A stretch of DNA of 64,000 nt from Tubiluchus corallicola. Lineage: Eukaryota; Animalia; Priapulida. The notes beneath the pieces are model-generated. The model was given only the letters and a program-made list of their open reading frames with translations. It was not told where the DNA came from and ran no database searches. The translations under genes and the position numbers were made by a program. Positions 1 to 13,676 of the stretch are shown here, piece by piece. The stretch is taken from contig JAQGDQ010000726.1 in assembly GCA_030141605.1 (NCBI GenBank), positions 1-64,000 of the forward strand, given 5' to 3'. Positions within the stretch are counted from its first letter, which is position 1. Each line of letters begins with the position of its first letter.

Positions 1-1715
1 TAAGACAGTCTAGTATTATAAAATTTAATACTTTCATTAAACAATGATTCCAAAGATTTTCCTTATTGCTTCAGTATATGATCATACCATTATTTTTGAA
101 GATTTTGGCTTACGGTTGTTTAAAAATGGAGAGTACCCCAAGACACGTTATGTTTGTTTAATAAAAGTATTAAATCTTTAAAGTATACCATTCTACATAT
201 TTTATAGTAAATAATATAGTAAAAAAAAAGTTTGAAAAATGTTTTTGCACTTATAAAATATCTTGCAATTTGCATTGTCGTGAAAGTAGACAACATAAAC
301 TAGACGGAAGATATAAATAATGTACATGTGATTAATTTCGGGCAGAAGTGACAATGGGACAAATTCATATGTTTTCATTTTCACAGGCAAACTTAATTAA
401 TACAATAAATTATGTCTCTGAGCCAAATTAAGATAATAGATCAAGTTAGTAGAAAATATTAAGTAAAGTTTATTAATATGAAAAAGTAACAGTTCGAAAG
501 TTAGATAAAAACAATTTTCTAGCCAACATTTAGAACAGCAAAATTTAATAGCACAAGAAAACCCTCCACATTCGTCTTGAAATTTATTACTTCTTACATC
601 TGCCTTTTTGCATGCAGGCTTGCGTCGTCAGTAATGTTGTATAAAACTTGTAAATTTAAACTCTCACGACGACAGCTAGTCCTAACAATTTTAATAGTAG
701 GTCGTTTGAAAAAAGTTTGAAAAAAAGTCGGAGCATTCTTAGCACACCTGCTACTAGCCAAGTAAAGTTCTAAATTACTGTATCATGTCAATGAGATTAA
801 AACTACTTTTCCTGGTTAGTGAGTGGCGCACCCTAAATTGGAAGGAACATTTTAAATTACTATTTCTAGTTACATAAGTCTCAACAGCAGATAAGAGAAA
901 TACTAAGTAATATAGATTTGCATGGAAAGTTTTTGGGACATAATTTAACATTGCTTTTTCTTCCCCTGATTTACGTTTGCATGGTGTCATCATATAACAG
1001 TATTGCAGGAGATTTAAAATGAAAACAAAAATTCCTTTCCACGCGCATCTGATATTTGCATAAAATTGTTGTAAGGTAATAAAATTATTTAAGAAAATTT
1101 TCTGAAACCTACTCCAGATGCCCCTTTTCTTGTTCTTTGTGGAGTTTTTTTGGATCATCTTTCTGAATCCGACCAGCTACATCAGTCCAGCAGCTGATAA
1201 TTCCATCCTAGTGACCGGGTTTTACTCGTCAAATTCCCGTTGATTTGTTTTGAAATCGGTGCGTCTTTCGTCTCGACACTCTCCACTGTATATATACGTG
1301 TTTGGTTAATTTTGCGTTTTTGAGAGATTTTGCATGCTTTAAACGAAGGACATTAGGCAATGCCAATCCCGATCTGTAAATAGATAGGTGCCATGCTACG
1401 CTCTACTGCTTCTCGTTTTGACAAAGCCCCTGCAATAGAACGTAGTCAAAACACTTTTGCTGATGCAATACTTCATGTCAGAGGATTTGAATTTAAAAAT
1501 AGCTAAGATCCAGTCCTGCCACACGTTATCACCAAGTACTGGGTACTTTCTTGCTGTGTGTCTTATTAAGTGTAAAAATAAAATTTCTTTGTTGAACAAA
1601 AAGTTTAAATTGAATAATGAATAATATTAAATAATGATAATTCACAAATGTTGTAATTATTACGATTTAAATAGCTAAATGTTTAAATGTCTTATTTTGT
1701 GGACGGCTGCTGCAC

Positions 1716-2019
1716 CAGCAGCAGCAGCAACAACAACAGCAACAAGAATGACAACAACAACACCAACAAGAACGACAACAACAACAACAACAGCAGCAAC
1801 AAGAACGACGACAACAACAGCAACAAGAACGACAACAACAACAACAACAACAGCAACAACAGCAACAAAAACAACAATGACAACAACAACAGCAGGAGCA
1901 ACAGCAACAACAACAGCAGCAACAACAGCAACAAGAACGACAACAACAACGACGACGACGACAACAACAACAACAACAACAACGAAAACGACAACAACAG
2001 CAACAGCAGCAACAGCAGC

Positions 2020-2050
<31 letters not shown>

Positions 2051-2105
2051 GCAACAGCAACAAGAACAACAACAACAACGACGACGACGACGACAACAAC
2101 AACAA
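1716..2105. repeat. Compound trinucleotide microsatellite (CAA/CAG/GAC)n
   Basis: About 390 bp of caacaacaa/cagcag/gacgac; it accounts for the poly-T/N/C/L ORFs in several frames. Confidence 0.95.
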
Positions 2106-3118
2106 TTGTTCAAGCTATAAAAAATGTCAGCTGTCTGTCCATCTTTAAAAAATGTACAAGCAGCTCTTATTAGACTTTTTGATCACTATATCAAACCTTT
2201 TTATCAAGGTTTTTTGTCATCTGTTTTCAACAACTTACAAGCTTGAGTAATAATATACTCATTGATTCCAATTTGTACATGTATGGTGTACACCTCTATT
2301 AAACTGTTGCCTCTTCCACAAATGCATAGTGAATGTTTGAAATCACTTCAGTACTTCAGATTATATCAACAACACCCAATATAACACTTTCTAACAATCA
2401 GCTACATGCTATCAGTAAATATTATTTTCCCTGAAATTCAGGTGGGTAATATAAACTTCTCCAGAACCATCTCAACGTGTGTGCTTTCTTGTGTATAATT
2501 TGTTTCGGAACTTTTCCTTTAATTTAGTTTCGAAATTATGCTTTGCCAGGTTCGGCATTCCTCTATAATGAATCTTAGGACCACAGCATTCTTTCCTCAG
2601 TTTGCTATGCAATATATACAAAATTTCTTTCTTATTTTCAGGTTTCAGCTAAAATTTAAAGATACGTTATCTGATTCACAGCCGTTAAACAGTAAAAATA
2701 CCAAATATAAAAATAATTGATGAAATTTATTCATTTTGCCTACATGTTGAATGTTGAATGTATATGTCTTTGTTTACATGCATTTGTATATATGTATATC
2801 TATTTGTGTTTTGTATATTATATTGTAGAAATTTATATTACTTAATTACTATGATACATTGTTCTCTAAACTGTAACATTATACAAAAAGCACAAACAGT
2901 AAACATTTAACAAGGAGAATAATTCTAAATACATAACAATAAGAATTTATTTTATATAAATTTTGTTAAAAATATGTTGTACAAAATTTTAGGAATCAAA
3001 GATATAATCTGCTTTTTAGAAAGTGACACTCATAGCAGAAATGATGAGGCAATTTTTTCTTGAAAATTATAAAACAGTACCTAAAAGTTCTTTTTTATTA
3101 TTTACTTTGATTTTTTGT

Positions 3119-6100
3119 TCATTTAATCATTAAAAAACTCGTAGACAATATTGTAATTATAGAGATCGCTGTTGTGTCATGTCCAAGAGCTCCGTCAGAT
3201 ATTACAGGGGCGCCAAAACTTTCGTCTCCAAACTCATACCTTGAAAAAGCCTGCTCAATATCAATCCATGCTAAATAATAGCTAATTTTTGCTCCAAAAA
3301 CTGCTGAATTTTCATCAAGTATTGGCTGACCATTCTCATCCCTTTCACGAAAAGTAGAGCCACGAAGAATGCCAACAACTTCCAGAGTTAGAGGGTTTAA
3401 TAAAAACGGTCCACCAGAATCGCCCTACAGAAAGAATATAAATAAATAATAAATAAATATTATATATGTGCTTATATTTATGCATGCAGACACTACACAC
3501 TTACACTCACAGTAGTGTGTATGTGTATGCACACACTCACCGCTTCTTATGTGTGTGCGTGCATTCGTGAGTGTGTGTGTGTATGTGTGCGTGCGTGCAT
3601 GCGCGCGCATGGCGTGGCGTGTGTGTGTGTGTGTGCACATACAATTGCGCGTGTGTGTGCGTACATTTGTGTATGTGTGTGTGTGCGTACATTTGCGTGT
3701 GTGTGCGTGTGTGTGCGTGTGTGTGCGTGTGTGTGCGTGTGTGCGTGTGCGCGTGCGCGTGCGTGTGCGTGCGTGCGTGTGTGTGTGCGGTGTGTGTGTG
3801 TGTGTGTGTGTGTGTGTGACAAAAGGGGCCATTAGGGTGGGGGGGGGTATTCGCCCTAGGGCCCCAATTAGAACAAAGACTGACGGCTCCAATGAGATGA
3901 GACGACACCAGATCAGGTTCTTTCATTTGATATGCAGATGATGGTGCCTAGGTTCAATTGCAGGTTCAATTATCTGGCTAATTATTGATAGCAGCTACCT
4001 AAAATTTTTTTAGCAATACTACACTTGCCCTTCAGAATTGGCCAAGACTAACTTCGTGAATAATTTTGCAATTGTTTGTTGTTGTATTTTTTTCAGTAAT
4101 AGAAACAAAATTGCTGCCGTTATTGTTGTTGGATTTTGCTTCAGTAATAGAAACTAAACCACTGCCATTCTTCTTGTATTTCAGTAGTAAAGACAACATT
4201 ACTACCATGTTTTTCAATAATATTTTAATCCAGTAAAAATTTTAGGATTGTACATCTGGTATGTCTTTCCCTCAACAAACTAATGTCACTTTACCCACAA
4301 ATAATGTAAATTACCCAATGAGATCAAATTTAATGAACTAAAATTTCTCATTTTGCTGAATCTTACGCCATTCATGTATTTTATAAGAATTAGTCTACTA
4401 TGGTTATTACTTACCGGGCCACAAATACGTCCTCGGTGGTATGCACAGACGAAAAGCTTTGGGTCATAAGGGCTGCAGTGACCCCGATCAGTAACTACGA
4501 AGTAAGCCTTCTTCAAACGATCTTGTAGTTTGTTTGGTCTGTCTGAAATATTCGTATTGGTGTCAGCTACATTTCCCTACTGCTAATGTAGTTCAATTCA
4601 ATCTGCCTAATAGAGTACGACTAATAAATACAGCAAATGTGAAGACAATACAGCTCTCTGTGAATCATAACACCTGGAGGATGACAAATTCTACAGCACT
4701 AAAATTGGTTTTCACAAGAAATTTATCTATTTGATTAATTGCAAGTCTTTGAATAGTGAAATTATAAGAAACATTGCATACCACTCCATATATCTGTTCC
4801 CCATCCTACAAGAGTAATTACTCGGTTTATGTAACTAATTCTGTCAGATATAGGCAGTTTTGCAGGTCGAATATATTCGCTGAACTCAACAAGTTGGTTT
4901 AATCGCAGAAAAGCAATATCATTGTTAGGCTCATCAAATCCTTCATGAATTTTGTAATGGTGAACCTGCAATAACAAAAACAACTAAAATGGACACTTGC
5001 ATATATTTCGATCTAGCCTGTCATTAGATATCAGAAAAAATCACTAAATATCAAATCCAGCCAAAAGTGACTGCAACGAAATTGGGGAAAGAGGTGCAAA
5101 AACATCCTTCATTAAACTGCTGTTTGGTGCTTCACCAGAGGAGAGGGGTTCGAACTTGCAGGAAAAAATAATTGTGGGGCTAATACTTGTCTCAAGGAGT
5201 TAAAACATAAACAATAAAACACTGTTGAAATGAATCAAAGCCACAGGAAATGAAAACCGGAAATCTCTGTAAGTAATTTTGTAAGAGTAAAAGCAACAAG
5301 CAAACAAACCTAAATCCTATCACAACTTAACCTGTGAAACACAATATTATTTGCATTGTTTGTATGCCTTAGAGTAACTGATTAAATTAGCAGGATTTTC
5401 TAGAGGACTAAAAAACAGAGAAATAATCAGAAAATTGTCCCGATAGAAAGTCATCACGACCTGACTGCAGATGTCACTTCAAAGCACAGCAAGTGTAGAC
5501 CGTCTCTGTAATATTATAACATTCCCAAACTTACGCACACGTAAAAGTCAGAATGAAAACTAATTAGATGGAAACAAAGGGTGTGTAAATTCTTGCGCAT
5601 GAGAGATGAGATATATGTAGAAATTAGCTTCATGTAAATCTGAGGATTACTTCCAACTGAAACGTTCTCAAGGTTACAAGGAAAAAATGTTAACATCATG
5701 CTATATATGGTGTTGACAGCCAAAGATACATATCTCAACAAAAGACATCAAGATATTACTAAACCCTTCATATTATAGTATGTGATGGAAGGTGAAACTT
5801 ACATAGCGTTCTGCTCTTGAGTGATTTAAATAGATGCTCCCAAGAAGTACCTGAATGTGTCGCCCTGGTGCTATGTGACTGCAAAAGAATTATAACTGCA
5901 TGTAAGCAATTGTAAACCTCATATTTTAAATACTTCAATTCAACTACAATTGCACCTTGGATTTCTCACTCTGAAAAACGATAAAGCTTGAATTGCTACA
6001 AGTAATAAAATTAGTTGCTGAAAACACCTTGTACAAAAGCGACCTCTAGAATATTGATTAATGGAGGAAGCAGTATGACGTACAAACACTTCTGTACACG

Positions 6101-8244
6101 TCTCTGGTATTTTTGTGTGACTTTAATAGCTGTTATGCAAATGGTAACAGAAATAAAAATCTATACAAATTTATATGAAAAGACTGTCTGCAGATATATA
6201 TTTTATTTTAAGTGCTATGTAGTACACACCACCTTATAGCATGAATACTTACTCTTTAAAAGTGTGAGCTGTTGCAAGAACATGTCTGTCATCGATAAGC
6301 ACTCCTCCAGCAAAAACGGGAATACCAGGCTTCTCAGGCAAAGGAGGACGAAATATCCTGACCTTCAATAATGCATAATTGTTACTACACATTGAGAGCT
6401 TACGGGTTGCATTTCTGCACCAACAAAAGACGTTAAATTAACTCCTTATGGACGGGTACATGCATTTACCAATTATCTGTGACGGGCAAAAACAGTGCCT
6501 TATTAACTTTAGGCTCTCCAAATTCAACAAAGTTTGGAAAAGCAACAACTAACGTACAAGTAAATTATATCAAAACAAAATAAGTTCATTTCCTTTCTTC
6601 TTTTTCTAAATTTTTGCAGCACCCGGGAATGTATTCACAGAATGTAACAGCAGCTTGTGTTGTTCAGTTTTGCAAGCTGACTTGGTGTTTCTTTTACATA
6701 ATCAACTCGCAGCCAATCCTTAAAGCTTATCAGCAATTGAAATGCCTATAAACTAGCATGCACTTATTTTTTGTATGTTATTACATGAAAAATTACATGC
6801 ATTGTATGTTTTTTTAAATTTGGAAAGAATTCACGGTATGATCAGACTAGAATTACAGTTAATTTCGCTTAATCGAACAGTAACCTAACTGTTGCTGTTC
6901 CATTCTGTACTTTTCACCTGATAGCTGCCAACAGTGAAAAATCCATTGCCATTTCAGAACTTGAACGATCCAGCAAGTAAATAAATGTGCACTGTAATTA
7001 TATATCGAGCTACTTGCTGGGGATCCTGGCGGTCACTTCAACAGTGCACTGAGCGGCATTATAATTAGCTGCATCCAGCGTAGGACAGACCCACCTGTAA
7101 CTAGCTGTTACATTGTGGTACACAAGTTTCGTAGCACCGTTATGATGGGGGAAGTCAAAACTACACAAATATTCGACGTCGTGAAGGAGATGCAAAGTAA
7201 GAAATCTTGACTCTGGTGTTCAAAATCATAATTCAATTTTTGTCTTTAGAACTTCTCAATGCACTTTTTGAAACCACAAAAAGTGGTTTATTGCAGTAGT
7301 AACTACATTATTGTCATTACTTTAACCCGAACAATTTGATTATAAAAAAATAACCTTTGTTGCCCCTGCCCAAGAAAATTGGTCAGACCGTGAACAAAAA
7401 TACGGCCTTGCCAGCTTTAGATCCTGATTATGTGTTACCATTCTAGCATCATGTTAAAATTGAAAAATGAAGTAAAATAGAAAAAGTGGAAAAAGTTACT
7501 TTTTGAACAACAACAAAGTTGACAACATACCATGAATGGAAATTCCCCTTCTTCTGCATTTTCTCCACCATGAAGTCTAGGTTCAGCCGACAACTCTGTA
7601 ACAAGTGTTGTACTTTAATTATAAATAAATGGCGAAAAAGCAAATTTGTGCTTTCCAGTATCATTACATTTTGTAAATAAGTCATTAATTTGACATCCGT
7701 GAAGCCACATTAGTTAATATTTGTTCCAGATTGCAAGGTTTATAATGTACTCAGTCCAAGTTGCAATGTTTATTATATACTTAATCCAAGTTGCAAGGTT
7801 TATAACATACTTAATCCAAGTTGCAAGGTTTATAATGTACTCAATCCAAGTTGCAAGGTTTATTATATACTTAATCCAAGTTGCAAGGTTTATAATGTAC
7901 TCAATCCAAGTTGCAAGGTTGATAATATACTCAATCAAGACATTTTCTGCTTTGACAACACTTTAATGATGTCTTGTCTCCTCATCCATATGAGATGATT
8001 AGAGTAAAATGATGGAGAAATGTTTCATTTCGCAATTTTAATGCAAATTTAAGGCAAGGTTAAGATTAATTGTTATTAATTGTTGCAATTTTAACTATGT
8101 CTAACCTGTTTCATTTGAACCTGGAGTAATCGTGGAAGATGAAACTGCTACAGACAGACATGTGTCAATGCAGATCCAAGTGGTAAACAAGACCAAAAGT
8201 GTAGTCGCAATACAAGGTTCTGTAGGTACTAATGAATGAAATTG
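3119..8244 (-). CDS. Trypsin-like (S1A) serine protease, copy A, predicted secreted and GPI-anchored; start codon not located
   Basis: Phase-consistent GT-AG exons: 8244-8106 (hydrophobic leader [15 protein letters not shown]), 7595-7531 (EPR|[15 protein letters not shown]), 6362-6253 ([16 protein letters not shown]), 5878-5803, 4965-4782 (NNDIAFLRL...GWG), 4542-4415 (HC...FVCA...ICGP), 3424-3119 (GDSGGP...YLAWI...hydrophobic tail [16 protein letters not shown]). Confidence 0.92.
3495..3817. repeat. (TG)n/(TGCG)n microsatellite in the last intron of protease A
   Basis: Direct reading; largely absent at the equivalent position of copy B. Confidence 0.95.
7725..7938. repeat. 30-bp intronic minisatellite, about 7 copies
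   Basis: Unit aatccaagttgcaaggtttataatgtactc. Confidence 0.95.
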
Positions 8245-9751
8245 CTGAAAAATGTTAATGTCAAAGAGTAAACGATAAAATAGTAGTTGTAGTTGATGAT
8301 CTAAAGAATCTCAAAAAATAGCAAAAATTACTACTTTTAATTATTGTAGAATTTTACTGCCATCTTAAAAATTGTGCTTGTGAAATACTGAAGGTCTTAC
8401 AGTACTCGTGCTGTTCTCTTTCAGGTTTCGTTGCTCAGTTGCATTTAGTTTGTTGTCATAAAAATATTTATAAATTTGCAAATTTATTAAAAGTGGTAAA
8501 TGAAAATGAAATGATGAACATTCGACATAAAAATAAATATGTTTTTTGAACTAAATTATAGAAAAATACGTCAATTTTATCATACAGACCCATTAAGCCA
8601 GATTATAGGAGCAAATAAAATGATCCAATAATGTAAAATCAATATAAAAAAGTTACAGTATTAATTTTATTTTATTTTTTTAAAAAACACCGCCTGCAAT
8701 TTAGTTATTCTGGTATCAAATATCCAAAAATAGGCCTCTCATAAACTATAAAATTTTTGATAAAACTTTCTTATTTTCGGAATATAAGTAATGTAGGTGG
8801 TGTATGGATGGTTTTATAAATACAAGTGCCTTTGGTGATTGAGCATAAACATCAAATTATTAAACTCGCGTGTTGAATAAAGTAGTATGAAGTCCAATGT
8901 AACATTAGCATGATCGCGTAGCTTTATTGTAGCACACACATGTAGCAATAATATGTCTTGACATTCAGCTGAAATCTTGCAGAGAGAAATTATACAGGAA
9001 CACAAGAGTAAAGTTCAGAGTCTCCATGGTCAGCTGCCTTCTTTCAGACCTTTATGTACAGATTCCAGTTCCTAAATTGATGTAGACTATTTTAGTCAAT
9101 GTTACAGAATTATAGATAACTTTCCCGAGCAACGGGTCGTGCCCTGACCTGTCAGCTTGGAAACGTCTTTTTGCAGATTTGTCACCATGATAATGTCTCC
9201 TGTTGGCTGAGCAAGTTCAACTGAATATTGACTGGTCCAGTTGGAGTCACATTTTGTTCTTGAAATGATAAAGCGACACACATTCTCACAAACTCGCTCA
9301 CTGTAACTGGTTACAGCACGTAAATAAATGAAAAACGGGGAAATATTGGTACTAGTAAGTTTCGTACAGCTAGGTAAATTTTGTCCTGGTAATTTTGGTA
9401 CGAGGAAATTTTAGAAGCAGAAAAAGTTGCTAACGCACCAATCCATTTAAGAGAACGAAAGCTGGTAGCCCCTTGCTTGATTGGTGATCAAATCTAGCAT
9501 AACTGAATGTTAGAAGCTATCTCTGTATTGGCCAAGTTTAATATTCCTTTCGTGATTATATTTTTGATATAATAAATGATTAATCTATGTTCGGGCAGTA
9601 AGACAGCAATACGAATTTTGGAAATAATTATGATGATAATGACGATGTTAACAACGTATGGTGGTGCTGATGGTGATGACGATGACAATGATGATGATGA
9701 TTGAAGTAGTCGTTGTGGTGGTGGTGGTGGAGATATCTTACTCGCATACCT

Positions 9752-9965
9752 AAAGGTTTGCCTGTACATGCCCTGAATTCAAGTCACAGCGTCCCATGAA
9801 AGTCACGCAGCAACCTCGCCAGTTCTGGGCTAGCAATGTTAACTATAGTACGAGTAGGAAGAGGCATGCCATCACTGGCACTGTTAAGGTTTGCCTGTAC
9901 ATGCCCTGGATTAAACAAACTCGCCTGTACTGGATGAGCAATGTTATCATTGGCAAGGTTTGCCT
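9752..9965. repeat. Short array (under 2 units) of the 133-bp repeat family
   Basis: The aaggtttgcc(tgtacatgccctg) motif recurs; homologous to 22672-23525. Confidence 0.8.
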
Positions 9966-10815
9966 TTATGCCGGAATTGGCCCATAAAATCGGCCAAAAC
10001 TGGGTAACTATTGACATCACAAAATAATGTAATTTTAAACAGCAAAAATCTTATGCTAGAGCAAAAGTTAAAGTACAGTGCTACTGTAAGTTATTCAAAA
10101 TGTTGTACAAAAGCTAGGCATGTTCTTGGATAAAAAATCAAATTTCAAAAGTGCCGCTGAGCTCACGCATAAGCTATATAACGTGCCTAGTTCGACAGAA
10201 ACTAACACATCTGAACTGATAGGTACAGCTCCTGTTTCTGTGTAATGTGTTTCCGAAATTGTATTCGCTTGTCCCCGTCTAAGTAACGAATGGCGAAATA
10301 CGTGTAATATCGAAAAACTAGTGGCGCGAATTCAAAATTGTGTTTGTGGTTTAATAATTCTTTCACATAAGCCATTTTTGAAAAATTGTATGTTTCTTCT
10401 CAAGACTTCGAAAAGTAGATTGTTGTGACATACAGTTTAATATTGGGTCCAGTCTTACTTTAAGCAATAATAGACGCCAGTTGTCATCTGTTCATTATTT
10501 TTTATTATTTAAAATAATTTAACAAAGACTAACCATTGTGATCTGAGCAGTTATTAATGAGACTGCTGTAGGTAAACGTGTCAAACCAAAACCGCGTTGT
10601 CCACACTGAAAAAGCTGTAGCCAATGGATATATTTAAGCACACAGTCTTAACAGCATTTCTAAAAATAGAAAAGTTTAGAAAGTTGTAAATGCACTACGA
10701 AATTTGTAGAACACACATCAGCAAAATGTTTGTTATTATCACATGTCCAAGTTCTAGAACGAACAAAAATTCGAAGTTAACACGCGATTGTGAAGAATTG
10801 TTCTAAAACTTTTCA

Positions 10816-11160
10816 TTATTTTTCCAGTGCAAAGTGCATCACAACAAGAACAGCCATCTCTAAGCATTCTATGAATGCAACAAGGATGGAATAGTTCACT
10901 GCTGTGGAAGTACTTGTAATTTTTACAAACATAGATGTTACTGGGGCGACAAAACCTTCGTCTTCAAACTCATACCTTGAAAAAGCCTGCTCTATATCAA
11001 TCCATGCTAAATAATAGCTAATTTTTGGTCCAACAACCGCTGAATTTTCATCATTTATTGGCTGACCGTTCTCATCCCGATGACGAAAAGTAGCGCCACT
11101 ATAAATGCCAACAACTTCCAGAGTTAGTGGGTTTAATAAAAACGGTCCACCAGAATCGCC
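10816..11160 (-). other. Orphan third copy of the protease terminal exon with a chimeric C-terminus (partial duplicate 10933-11671)
   Basis: Intact acceptor ctgtag|GGC GAT TCT GGT GGA CCG. Open for 114 codons: GDSGGP...FVAPVTS, then MFVKITSTSTAVNYSILVAFIECLEMAVLVVMHFALEK*. No upstream protease exons of its own. Confidence 0.85.
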
Positions 11161-12539
11161 CTACAGAAAGAATATAAGTAATAATAAATAAATATTATAT
11201 ATGTGCTTATATTTATGCATGCAGGCACTACACACTTATACTCATATTAGTGTGTATAAGTATGCACACACTCACCGCTTCCTATGAGTATTAGTTTGTA
11301 TGTGTCTGCAGGCATGTGTATGCGTGTGTACATTTGTGTGTGTGATATTTTTAGTAATAAATCTTCATACATATTAATACATTCAAAACTTCCATGTCAT
11401 AATTACAGGTGTATTTTTAACAAATGATTAGAAAGATCTAAATGTTGTGTGTTTATTAAAAAGATACAGCTTTACAGATTGTGTGCGGTTATCAATTGAT
11501 ATGCCAATTATGCAGATCATGTTTTATAAACATGTCGCCAATTTCTTCACATTAGAGAAGCTTACCCGTCCAGTGTTGCACCTAATTTCACACGTATTCT
11601 TAGTGAAATTTCACTTTTTTAATACAAAGCGAGTTTATTAGTAGTTTATATTACACTTTGTTGTTTTCAGAACCCTCTCAGCCCTCACAACGTTCGTCAT
11701 TTCGATGTCAATCACGTGACCGTGTACGTTGGTTTGTAGGAAATAACCCCATCGCACTTTTCATCCGGATTTCGAGAGAGGCTACGTGGCACACATTTTC
11801 ACTACTCTCTACCAGGTTTTTGAAACTGACGTATTCAGGCCTATGATAAATAGTTAGGTCAAGGCGCAACAGATGGCACCACATACGTATACGTTTCATA
11901 TCTATAAGTGTTATGATTTACCGTGTTGTCGAATTAAAGCAGTTAATCCTGGGTATCTAACCATATATGATAAGCACGTTGTTGAATTAAATATTTAACT
12001 TTCCGTATTTAATCTCATGTAGTACACACCTTGAGTATAGTTAAATATTTATCCATGTAATATATATGCATTAGTAAAGTATTTTGATTCAGAGTTAACC
12101 GGCCCTACCATAGAGAACTTTCTTTATTAGGAAGAGAGGAGTAAAGGAAAGCTGTGTTAAACAGTGATTTTGCTTAAATTAGTGACTAAATTATTAAATT
12201 AATAATTCAAGATTAAATGCTTGATGATGCAAAATTGAATCATCGTCGTGGCTAGAAGCCCAGCTATGTGTGGCATAGCATGCGATCAGCTGATGTTCGA
12301 CCGGCTAACTTAGAAGTAAAGATTGATGATGTAATCCTTATGCGCAGAAGCTCACGGCGCATTAGGTAGTTAGATAAAAGTGTTTTGAGGCCCCCACCTC
12401 GGGGAGATTAGGAACTGATTTGAAGACGGGAGGGTTAGCATTATTATCCTCTTACATTTAACGACTTGTGTTTAATATTTAATAAATGTGTAGTTTCTTA
12501 AATAAAGTCTTGATAGTTTGCCATGCCGATGGTGGCTAC

Positions 12540-13016
12540 CTGGTAGATTTTTATACGTCTCTGTGAAAGTATTAGTTACATAAATATGACTTAAATAATA
12601 GTAAGAAGAATAATCATTTTATTTCGCACACATGGACAGTATTAGTACAACATCAACAACATCAAGATACAACAAAAGAATGCCAAATACAAGGACAACA
12701 TACGACCATGCAGTTCTGTTGTCTTTATTTAATATTAGACTTTATAGTATACTATAGTTGTACAGTGTATAGAAATAATTACTGTAATATATTATAAAAA
12801 TTAATGAAGTAGTGCAGACATTGAAAAAATGTTTAATTTTCAATATTTAATTTAATTTTAATTTTAAGCATTTAATTCTAAAAACTTAGAATTGATAATA
12901 TCTCTTTAAAACATAATAAAATGAAAAGTAGTTGAGCTATAAAGGTGCATATAAACTTACTGTTTACCTATCTTTCTACAGGCTAACTGTATATAAACGA
13001 TTTTGAATTATAGGAA

Positions 13017-13062
<46 letters not shown>

Positions 13063-13070
13063 TTTCCATG

Positions 13071-13115
<45 letters not shown>

Positions 13116-13364
13116 ACGAGTAAAATATATTATAAGAGTAAAAATACGTAAAAATAAAGTATAATTATGTTAAATTTCATTGAGCTATACAACGTATGAT
13201 ATCAAATATTTTGTTAAAGACTTACTTATAATAAATGATTTTACTTGCCAGTGTTTGTATCAAAGTTTTTAAAAGTGTACAGTTTCTATTACTTGCTTGT
13301 ACACAAATTTGTGCAGGCTAGAAACTTGCAGAGCATGTAAGCATTGCGTACAAAGAGATATAAC
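12540..13364. repeat. Dispersed AT-rich repeat with internal (TA)n, copy 1 (copy 2 at 57357-58172)
   Basis: Shared from ctggtagattttta to aagagatataac; this copy has about 140 bp extra near 12665-12808. Confidence 0.9.
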
Positions 13365-13676
13365 ACTTCCAGAAACCACGACTAGGAACTACGTGTTCAG
13401 CCAGCAGTTTCTCCCTGAGCCTGAGACCTAAGAAACAACACATCAACCAAGGGTTGCACTGTATTACATTGTACTGATTCATAGCTTTTCCTACCTTAGC
13501 AGTAATTTTCATTGAACTACTTATGGTGGCTAGAAAACACCTGGGACTGTCGCCTGTTACTATTAGACTTCATGTACAATTTGCATCACTGTTGACATAG
13601 AGTCTGCTTAAGTGATAACGTTTCTGTTTTGTTACAATAACTAGGTAAAGAAGCATGATGAAACTAATGTATAAAA

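Larger units (their letters stand above)
2622..10933. repeat. Segmental duplication unit A (protease gene plus upstream flank), direct repeat of 14643-24492
   Basis: Colinear high identity in introns and flanks from aaatttcttt...caggtttcagctaaa (2622 vs 14643) to tttacaaacata (10933 vs 24492). Confidence 0.95.

Noticed and set aside
202-1599. Short ORFs at the window start
   Set aside because: No recognisable domain or consistent exon chain in any frame I read.
1667-2173. Mucin-like poly-Thr, poly-Asn or poly-Cys ORFs
   Set aside because: Open in several frames on both strands only because of the trinucleotide repeat; no supporting exon context.
3119-8244. Horizontal transfer of a cysteine-poor bacterial protease
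   Set aside because: The gene has six introns, two of them at positions typical of animal trypsin-family genes.
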